This document shows, in pieces, positions 8,089 to 15,033 of a stretch of 43,887 nt of DNA. The DNA is from Clostridia bacterium (GTDB lineage Bacteria > Bacillota > Clostridia > Oscillospirales > RGIG8002). Every line of letters begins with the position of its first letter. The first letter of the stretch is position 1. Location: assembly GCA_017453725.1 (NCBI GenBank), contig JAFTEJ010000057.1, positions 1 through 43,887 of the forward strand, read 5' to 3'. Below the pieces are notes generated by a model that had not been told where the DNA came from, ran no database searches, and worked only from the letters and a program-made list of their open reading frames with translations. The translations under genes were made by a program, and so were the position numbers.

Positions 8089-11000
8089 TTATCCGACCGT
8101 CACGGTCGAGCGCTCGCTGAAGCCCCAGTTCGATTCGGAGTCACAGGCGTAGGCGCTGTTGACAGCGAAGGTGCCCTCCGTTACGGCGCGGACGTAGAAG
8201 ACCGCGGTGGCGGTCGTGCCGCCGGATGAGTAAGCGCATATCGTTACGCGCTGTCCGTCGGTATCGCAGAGCCAGGCGTTGGCGCTCGCGTCACGGTCGT
8301 ATTCGGAGAAGCGGAAGCCCGACGGGATATAGTCCCTGATATCGACAGAACGCTTCAAGCCGATGCCGGAAACGGTTATCTTCACGCGCACCTTATCGCC
8401 TACGGCGATGCTGTCGCCGCGCACGGGCGCAACGGTCTTGCTGACGGTGTAGGTCGCGGAGTAAGCGTCCAGCTCGTCCGCGCCGCCGGTGTAGTAAGCG
8501 GTCACGTCGACGCCGCCTTCTGTCACCGCGAAGTTCGCGGCGGCGAGGGCGTCCGTCGTAATCCTGAGCGTCTTCGTCTGCGTTCCGCTCAGCGTCACGG
8601 CGCCGCCGGCGTATTCAAAGGAGGCTGTGCCGTAGTCGCCGCGAAGCATATTGGCGGCGTAGACGACCTGCTGCAGCCCGTAGAAATCGGTCAGGTTATC
8701 TTTTTCGCAGATATACTTCATAAGGCGCTTGGCGAGGCTTCTGTCGGTGCGCGAAACGACGGTCAGCGCCATCGCGGTGAGCCTGTCGTTTATATCGCCG
8801 TCGTCGCCCGCCGTGATGAAGGCGCCGCCGTCGAAGTCGGCAACGAGCGGACGGAATGCGGAGTCGAACTCCGCCTCGGCTCCCGCGTCGTCGCCTATCG
8901 CGGCAAGGGCGCAGGCGTAGATCATACGCGTGTAGAGATCTCCTGGATCCGCTTCCGCGAGCTTCGCGCGGATCTCGAGCAGGACCGGATCGCCGAGCGC
9001 CGCGAGGATGAGGTATTTCTCCGTTTCGTCAAGCGACTGCGCGTAGGCCCTGAGCCGCGCGGCGTTGAAGGCGTCGGGGTCGGCCCAGGCCGCGAACGCG
9101 GTGACGAAGGAGTCCGTCTGGGCGTAGGGGTATATCGCCATACCGCCGTCCGCCTCCTGCAGCTCGCCCCGCTCCGCTTCGGAGACGTCGTAGAACGCCT
9201 TGTCCTCCTCCGGCGCGAAGGAAGCGAGCATCCTTCCCGCGACCGCCGCCGCGAGGCGCTGGTCGGCTCTGCCTCCGACGGAGCAGCGGAGCTTTGTAAG
9301 CGCTGAGGCGATATACTTTGCGTTGCCGTTGCTGAAGACGAGCGTCACGGGCGAGCGCAGCGCGTTGACGTCGACTCCGCCCGCGAGGTCGAACTCCTTG
9401 AAGAGCGGGAGCTCGTCGGCGTTCGCTATGACCTTGAAGGTCTCGAGTATCGCGTCGCTCTGCGAGCCGTTCTTTCCGCTGACCGTGACTGAGTAATCGC
9501 CCTCCGGCATACGCCCGAAGTTGAAGTAGGTGAAGGCGTTGCCGGTCACGGACTGCGTCAGCGTCTGCTCCGAGCCGTCCGGCTTCGTGAGCTTCGCGGT
9601 GAACTCGGTCGCGCCGCCGGAAACTCCGGCGCCGTAGGCGTGGACGCCGAAGGAGACGTCGTCCCCGGTCTGGTATGTCTTCGCCACGATCGCGTCGGTA
9701 ACGAAGCTCAGCGACGCGCTGACGTTCTTTTTGCCGTTGCCGCCGTAGAGGTCGTCCGAGACAGCGTTGACGGTTATGCGCCAGTCGGTGACGTTATCGT
9801 GCAGCGTTACCGTTATTTCGGCGTTGCCGTTTTTGTCCGTACGCGCGGTCTCGAACGCCGCAGTATCGACGAAGTTCTGTCTGACGCCGCCTTCGTCTCC
9901 CCCTCCGCCGCCTTCGCCTCCGCCGCCGTCGTCGCCGTTGAAGGAGTGCTGCGTATAGGATACGAAGGTATCCCTGACTCCGCTGCCGAGCCATCTGTCG
10001 TAGACGCCGCCGAGCAGGTCGGCGTTCTGCGGCGCGACGGCGAACTGCGCCTCATCGACGACGCTGACGTTCACCGTTCCGGCGTGGCCGGCGCCGTTTT
10101 CGTCCTTGACGGAAACGATTATCTTCATCTCCTCGCCGGGTTTGTACTCATTCTTATCCGTGGTTATGTCGACGTTCAGCCTCTTCTCGGCGTAGTCGTA
10201 AGGCACGGCCGCGTCGTTGAGCTTGTAAACACGCCTGCCGTCGAAGTACGCTCCGACGAGGTAGACGTCCGGCGCGTACTCTTCTTTGAAGGTGAGCTCG
10301 AACGGGAAGGAGGCGCAGACGCGCTCCTCGCTTACGCTCTCGTTGACGATACCGAGCATAAGCGTTCCGCCCTCCGGACGGACGCCGTCCTTGCCGAGCA
10401 GATCGAGCGTGAAGGTCTCGCCTATCCTGCGCGATTTCATCCGCTTGACGGAGTCGTACCAGCCGATGCCGTCGTATTCTGTGTCGTTTTCGGACAGACC
10501 GAAGCGTTTGACGTTGCTCTCGTTACTGACGTAATAGTAATACCTTTCGTCGACGGCGGTCGAGCTTTTTATGAACCTGCCGCTGTCGTCGGTGCAGGAT
10601 ACCTCGACTATATAACTGCCGTATTCGAGCGGCTCGAGCGCGACGTCCGTCTCGACTACGCCGCCCGCTGCGGCGAAGACCGAATCGAAGACGGTTTCCT
10701 CATGTCTGTTATAGTTGAATCTCTTCGCCGTGACCGTCTTCTTCGCGATGTAGTCGTAATAGGTGTATTCCGTAGGCGGATCGTAATAGCTTTTCTTGAT
10801 GACGACCCGGACGTCGGTATCGTATGGCGCGCCTCGAAGCGGTTCGTAGTCGATATAGAAGTTGTCGAGCTCCGCGGAGGTAAGCTTATCCTTGAAGCGG
10901 TTGACTTTCGCGGCGACGTGCGCGACGCCGTCCTCCTCCTTCGCCTCGACGGTTATCATCGCCGAGGAGGGCAGGTATCTGTAACTCAGGCTGAACTCGT

Positions 11001-13032
11001 TGACCTTGTCGAGCGTGACGTTATCCTTGACGGTGACGTATTTGTAAGCAGGGCTCCAGTAGCCGTAGTTATCACCTGCGGTCACCGGGAAATCGACGGT
11101 TATCCTGCCGTTCGCATCCGTGCTGTAGGTGTTGCCGTCGATTATGAACTGCTCATCCGCCGCGGGGATGCCGCCGTAGTACTCCGCGGTCATTCCGAAG
11201 CGCACCGTCTCGCCAACCTTGTAGTAATCTTTCAGCTTATCGAAGGTGACGTTGAATGCTGGTTTGGTGTACTCCTCGACCTGTATATAGTCGACGAAGA
11301 CGGCTTCATCGCCGACGATCGCTGCTATGCCGTAGTAATTGCGGTCGAAGAATTTGAGCGGCAGCTTCGCGGTGAAGACGCCGTTCTCGTTCACCTCCGC
11401 CTCGACGGAGATGACGCGGTTTTCGGCGGGTATATCGCTGCGGCTGCTGTCCGACGCAGGGTCGTAGCTGTATTCGACCCCGCCGAGCGCGACGGTGACC
11501 TTCGCCGGAAGCGCGGAGGAGTATCTCCCGCGCAGCACTCCGAAGACGTTTATCGTATCGGTCGGCAGGTAGGATTCCCTGTCGGTGTAGAGGTAGGAAT
11601 AGTATCTGTCGGACGCGGGAAGCTCATCCGCCGGAACGAGCAGCACCGAGCCGATGAACGGCTGACGGCTGCCGTTCTCGATCTTCACGACAGCGGCGCG
11701 TGCGTCGCCGGTCAGCGGAATGGAAACGCTGCCGTCGCCGGAGGTCTTCACCGCGCTCTCGCCGTCGACCGTCACGGCCGCGCCGGAAACGGAGGTCGCG
11801 GTCTTCGCGTCGTTCACCCAGACGAGCAGGCGCTTGTTTTCACTGCGCATATAGACGACGGTATCGTTGACCTGTATCAGCTTCTGTATGACGTAGTCTT
11901 TGCCGTCGATCGTCGCGGAGGCGGTCACGACGTAATAGCCCTCCGGCAGCTCCTCCGGCAGGACAAGGAAGCAGGTCGAATAACTGCCGGATCCTTCGGG
12001 AATGAGGTTGAGCGTCGCCTGCGCGTACTGATTCATACCCGCGGTGTCGACAATGTCGTAGCCCCGGTTCGCGTAGTAGTAGCTGCGGCGGTAGAGGTCC
12101 TTGACCTCCACGGCGCGGATGAGCTCCGCGTAGGCGTTGGCGGACCCGACCTTGTGCACCGTGACGTCGAAGGGGATCTCGCCGTATTGAACGGCGCGCC
12201 CACTGTCGGAATAGGTGTCCGCGCTCAGCTCGATAACGGGCACGTCGGTCGTCAGGAAGGTCTCCTCAATGCTGCCGCTGCGCTCGATGAGGTATTTGGT
12301 ATCGTAGTCCCTGTCGATTCTGAAGGTCGCGGTCGCGTCTTCCGTGAACTCGTCGCCGGAGGCGGTTCTGAACCCCGCCTTGACGGTGACGACGTAGTCG
12401 GTCATTTCCTCCCAGCGCTTTTCCGGGATTATCACGACGCGGTTGCCGACCTTCTCCATCCTGTACGGCGTGGTCGACGGCTCGACGGTGATAAAACTCT
12501 CGTAGTCGACGAAGTCGTCGCGGGTGAAGGTTATCTCTATGCCGGTGTTCGGCTCGGCGATGCCGCCGTTCTTCGGGAAGAAGGAGCGCACGCCGAACTC
12601 CGAGCGCGTCTGGAAGGCGTAGGAGCGGTCGTTGCCCTTGCCGTCGTCTATCATAAACGTAAGGATCGAATCGGGCTCGAGCGGCTCCGCGAATGTGAGC
12701 AGGTAGTTGCCCTGCTCCGTCTTCTCCAGCTCGTAGGGCGTTTCAACGCCGGCGGAAAGCTGTCCGCGCAGGTCGTCGACGTCCGCGAAGCGTTCGCCCG
12801 CGATGAGGAACTGCGAGCCGGTGAAAACGCCGTTGACGTCCGCCGCCGTCGGGGTTATCTCCGCGGTTATCGCCACGGGGTCGGACACCGCGGGCTTCAG
12901 CGCGATAAGCAGCGCCGCGCCGGCTATCGCCGCGACGAGCACGGCGGCAACGGAAATCGATACCGCTTTGTGCGCGGCTATCCATTTTCCGAATCTTCTG
13001 AAACTGTTGCCAATCGAAGAAAAGATTTTCAT
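8089..13032 (-). CDS. Membrane-anchored alpha-2-macroglobulin family protein (Ig-like/MG domain array, thioester-less)
   Basis: The A2M-domain signature VRQNFVDTAAFE...LHDNVTDWRI matches the R-x-F-x-D/E-T-A-x-W ... PD-N-L-T-T-W-R pattern. C-terminal IRDYIPSGFRFSEY resembles the bacterial A2M last MG domain. N-terminal single TM (VSISVAAVLVAAIAGAALLIAL). Preferred start is ATG 13030-13032, 7 nt after AAGGAGG, rather than the ORF-track start at 13056. Confidence 0.75.
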   Translation of the reverse strand: MKIFSSIGNSFRRFGKWIAAHKAVSISVAAVLVAAIAGAALLIALKPAVSDPVAITAEITPTAADVNGVFTGSQFLIAGERFADVDDLRGQLSAGVETPYELEKTEQGNYLLTFAEPLEPDSILTFMIDDGKGNDRSYAFQTRSEFGVRSFFPKNGGIAEPNTGIEITFTRDDFVDYESFITVEPSTTPYRMEKVGNRVVIIPEKRWEEMTDYVVTVKAGFRTASGDEFTEDATATFRIDRDYDTKYLIERSGSIEETFLTTDVPVIELSADTYSDSGRAVQYGEIPFDVTVHKVGSANAYAELIRAVEVKDLYRRSYYYANRGYDIVDTAGMNQYAQATLNLIPEGSGSYSTCFLVLPEELPEGYYVVTASATIDGKDYVIQKLIQVNDTVVYMRSENKRLLVWVNDAKTATSVSGAAVTVDGESAVKTSGDGSVSIPLTGDARAAVVKIENGSRQPFIGSVLLVPADELPASDRYYSYLYTDRESYLPTDTINVFGVLRGRYSSALPAKVTVALGGVEYSYDPASDSSRSDIPAENRVISVEAEVNENGVFTAKLPLKFFDRNYYGIAAIVGDEAVFVDYIQVEEYTKPAFNVTFDKLKDYYKVGETVRFGMTAEYYGGIPAADEQFIIDGNTYSTDANGRITVDFPVTAGDNYGYWSPAYKYVTVKDNVTLDKVNEFSLSYRYLPSSAMITVEAKEEDGVAHVAAKVNRFKDKLTSAELDNFYIDYEPLRGAPYDTDVRVVIKKSYYDPPTEYTYYDYIAKKTVTAKRFNYNRHEETVFDSVFAAAGGVVETDVALEPLEYGSYIVEVSCTDDSGRFIKSSTAVDERYYYYVSNESNVKRFGLSENDTEYDGIGWYDSVKRMKSRRIGETFTLDLLGKDGVRPEGGTLMLGIVNESVSEERVCASFPFELTFKEEYAPDVYLVGAYFDGRRVYKLNDAAVPYDYAEKRLNVDITTDKNEYKPGEEMKIIVSVKDENGAGHAGTVNVSVVDEAQFAVAPQNADLLGGVYDRWLGSGVRDTFVSYTQHSFNGDDGGGGEGGGGGDEGGVRQNFVDTAAFETARTDKNGNAEITVTLHDNVTDWRITVNAVSDDLYGGNGKKNVSASLSFVTDAIVAKTYQTGDDVSFGVHAYGAGVSGGATEFTAKLTKPDGSEQTLTQSVTGNAFTYFNFGRMPEGDYSVTVSGKNGSQSDAILETFKVIANADELPLFKEFDLAGGVDVNALRSPVTLVFSNGNAKYIASALTKLRCSVGGRADQRLAAAVAGRMLASFAPEEDKAFYDVSEAERGELQEADGGMAIYPYAQTDSFVTAFAAWADPDAFNAARLRAYAQSLDETEKYLILAALGDPVLLEIRAKLAEADPGDLYTRMIYACALAAIGDDAGAEAEFDSAFRPLVADFDGGAFITAGDDGDINDRLTAMALTVVSRTDRSLAKRLMKYICEKDNLTDFYGLQQVVYAANMLRGDYGTASFEYAGGAVTLSGTQTKTLRITTDALAAANFAVTEGGVDVTAYYTGGADELDAYSATYTVSKTVAPVRGDSIAVGDKVRVKITVSGIGLKRSVDIRDYIPSGFRFSEYDRDASANAWLCDTDGQRVTICAYSSGGTTATAVFYVRAVTEGTFAVNSAYACDSESNWGFSERSTVTVG

Positions 13033-13056
13033 ATCTTTACCCTCCTTTACAGTCAC

Positions 13057-13065
13057 ATTATATCA
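13057..13065 (-). promoter_or_regulatory. Extended -10 (TGATATAAT) for the A2M-like gene
   Basis: Minus strand reads TG-A-TATAAT about 25 nt upstream of the ATG. No convincing -35. Confidence 0.4.
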
Positions 13066-13084
13066 CGGATTCGGCCGAAAAACG

Positions 13085-13122
13085 GTTACAAATTAGTTAC
13101 AGTTTTGTAACTAATTTGTAAC
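13085..13122. promoter_or_regulatory. Perfect 17-bp inverted repeat (GTTACAAATTAGTTACA-GTTT-TGTAACTAATTTGTAAC), candidate operator
   Basis: Read directly. Each arm holds two GTTACA hexamers with an 11-bp period. Lies between the divergent A2M-like and argH promoters. Confidence 0.6.
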
Positions 13123-13125
13123 TTT

Positions 13126-13143
13126 TATGCATAAATTCTCATT
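13126..13143. promoter_or_regulatory. ARG-box-like 18-mer (candidate ArgR/AhrC operator) upstream of argH
   Basis: TATGCATAAATTCTCATT matches 13 of 16 defined positions of the ARG-box consensus TNTGAATWWWWATTCANW. It overlaps the 12-bp palindrome TTTATGCATAAA (13124-13135) and ends 6 nt before the -35. A weaker TGAAT half-site lies in the promoter spacer (13162-13166). Confidence 0.4.
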
Positions 13144-13149
13144 ATTCTC

Positions 13150-13178
13150 TTGACAACAGGTGAATTATGAGATAATAT
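13150..13178 (+). promoter_or_regulatory. Sigma-70-type promoter of argH
   Basis: TTGACA (13150-13155), 17-nt spacer, TAATAT (13173-13178), about 33 nt upstream of the argH ATG. Confidence 0.65.
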
Positions 13179-13210
13179 ATAAAAAATTGCGTATAATTAT
13201 GAGGTTTGGT

Positions 13211-14584
13211 ATGGAAAAGCTCTGGACGGGAAGGTTCAAAAAGACGCTCGACGACGCGGCGAACGCCTTCAACGCGTCGATATCTGTCGACAGCCGCATG
13301 TACCGCGAGGACGTGACCGGCTCGATCGCGCATGCGAAAATGCTGGCGGCATGCGGAATAATCCCCGAAGCGGACGGCGCCGCGATCGTCGCGGGGCTGG
13401 AGGGCATACTCGCGGATATGGAAAGCGGAGCGCTCGCGCCTTCGCCGGAGGCGGAGGACATCCACTCCTTCGTTGAGGCGGAGCTGACGAAGCGCATCGG
13501 CGACGCGGGCAAGCGCCTGCACACCGCGCGCAGCAGGAACGACCAGGTCGCGCTCGACCTGCGGCTATACCTGCGCGGTCGCATAGACGAGCTTTCCGAA
13601 GCGGCGAAGGAGCTCATCTCCGCGCTGCTCGACGTCGCGGAGGCGAACGCGGAAGCCGTTATGCCCGGCTACACCCACCTGCAGCGCGGACAGCCGATAA
13701 CCTTCGGGCAGCAGCTCTGCGCCTACGCGCAGATGCTCATGCGCGACGTCGACAGGCTCGCCGACTGCCGCAGGCGTATGAACGTATCGCCGCTCGGCTC
13801 CTGCGCCCTCGCGGGCACGACCTACCCGATAGACCGCGCGATGACGGCGGAGCTGCTCGGCTTCGACGCGCCCTGCGCGAACAGCATAGACGGCGTTTCC
13901 GACCGCGACTTCGCGGTCGAGCTCGCCGCGGACTGCGCGATCATCGCTGCGCACCTCTCCCGCCTCGCGGAGGAGACGATACTCTGGTGCTCCCGCGAGT
14001 TCGGCTTCGTCGAGCTTGACGACGCCTACTCCACCGGCTCCTCGATAATGCCGCAGAAGAAAAACCCCGACGTCGCGGAGCTTGTCCGCGGCAAGACGGG
14101 GCGCGTTTACGGCGACCTTGCGACGCTGCTGACGCTGCTCAAGGGGCTTCCGCTCGCGTACAACAAGGATATGCAGGAGGACAAGGAGGCGATCTTCGAC
14201 AGCGTCGATACCGTCCTCGACTGCCTGCGGCTTTACGCGCCGATGCTGCGCACGATTAAGGTCAGCCGCACCGCGATGCGCAAGGCGGCGGCGGAGGGCT
14301 TCATCAACGCCACCGACTGCGCCGACTACCTGACGAAGAAGGGAGTCCCATTCCGCGAAGCGTATAAGCTCACCGGGCAGCTCGTCGCGTACTGCATCGA
14401 CTGCGGCAAGACGCTCGAAACGCTGACGCTCGACGAATACAAGGGCTTCTCGCCCGTCTTCGAGGCGGACGTCTTCGACGCGATCGACCTCGACGTCTGC
14501 GTCGCGAAGCGCGTAAGCTTCGGCGGCACCGCCCCCGACAGCGTAAAAGCGCAGATCGCGGATATGAGGAAAGCGATTGGGTAA
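13211..14584 (+). CDS. argH: Argininosuccinate lyase
   Basis: MEKLWTGRF start, GSSIMPQKKNPD fumarate-lyase signature, 457 aa. ATG at 13211 after a GAGG, rather than the longer ORF-track start at 13160. Confidence 0.92.
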   Translation: MEKLWTGRFKKTLDDAANAFNASISVDSRMYREDVTGSIAHAKMLAACGIIPEADGAAIVAGLEGILADMESGALAPSPEAEDIHSFVEAELTKRIGDAGKRLHTARSRNDQVALDLRLYLRGRIDELSEAAKELISALLDVAEANAEAVMPGYTHLQRGQPITFGQQLCAYAQMLMRDVDRLADCRRRMNVSPLGSCALAGTTYPIDRAMTAELLGFDAPCANSIDGVSDRDFAVELAADCAIIAAHLSRLAEETILWCSREFGFVELDDAYSTGSSIMPQKKNPDVAELVRGKTGRVYGDLATLLTLLKGLPLAYNKDMQEDKEAIFDSVDTVLDCLRLYAPMLRTIKVSRTAMRKAAAEGFINATDCADYLTKKGVPFREAYKLTGQLVAYCIDCGKTLETLTLDEYKGFSPVFEADVFDAIDLDVCVAKRVSFGGTAPDSVKAQIADMRKAIG

Positions 14585-14592
14585 ATAGGCAC

Positions 14593-14796
14593 GTCATTCC
14601 GAGGAGGCGTCAGCCGACGGGGAATCCCAGAAGCTGAAACAGCAGTTATACAGTTCTATATTAAGCGTAAAGCAAGCCGGAGGCGATTGCCTCCGGCTTG
14701 TGTGTTTTTATGTCGTTCCAATGAGCCGCGCAGCGGCGCCGTCAGCAACCTTCTGCAAAAGGAAGGGGGTTCCTCGCACGATGCGCTCGGAATGAC
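14593..14796. repeat. 204-bp element bounded by perfect 11-bp terminal inverted repeats (GTCATTCCGAG / CTCGGAATGAC), MITE/REP-like
   Basis: The inverted termini were read directly at 14593-14603 and 14786-14796. The termini resemble those of the neighbouring 220-bp repeats (GTCATCCTGAG). No coding capacity. Confidence 0.5.
14673..14709 (+). terminator. Intrinsic terminator of argH
   Basis: Perfect 12-bp stem CAAGCCGGAGGC-GATT-GCCTCCGGCTTG followed by TGTGTTTTTA. Confidence 0.8.
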
Positions 14797-14809
14797 AGCT
14801 TTGTGTTTT

Positions 14810-15029
14810 GTCATCCTGAGTGGAGCGACCGCAAGGAGCGCAGTCGAAGGATCCTAAAGGTAACGGCATTGTATAATAAAAGAGTGTGTAGGCTAAAGGG
14901 AAACCGACAACCCCTCAGTCTTATTATCGGGCTTTACCCGATAATAAGACAGCTCCCCTTACACAGGGGAGCCTGTCGACGTTTCCGCTTCACTCGGGGG
15001 ACCCTCGGCGCGGAGCGCCTCGGGACGAC
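14810..15029. repeat. ~220-bp MITE-like repeat, copy A (imperfect 11-bp terminal inverted repeats, internal hairpins)
   Basis: Aligns by hand to 19179-19399 with about 8 substitutions and 1 indel. Termini are GTCATCCTGAG and CTCGGGACGAC. It contains a 14-15-bp hairpin GTCTTATTATCGGG...CCCGATAATAAGAC and a 7-bp hairpin GCTCCCC-TTACACA-GGGGAGC. Confidence 0.7.
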
Positions 15030-15033
15030 GGAA

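Noticed and set aside
9794-9994. 66-aa minus-strand ORF with a poly-Arg run ([18 protein letters not shown]).
   Set aside because: It is an alternative frame of the GGC/GGA-rich tract that encodes the Gly/Asp/Glu segment of the A2M-like protein.
14870-14880. TATAAT-like sequence (TTGTATAATAAA) inside both MITE-like copies that could drive outward or antisense transcription.
   Set aside because: No acceptable -35 lies at 16-18 nt, and I have no evidence of transcription. It is left as a note only.
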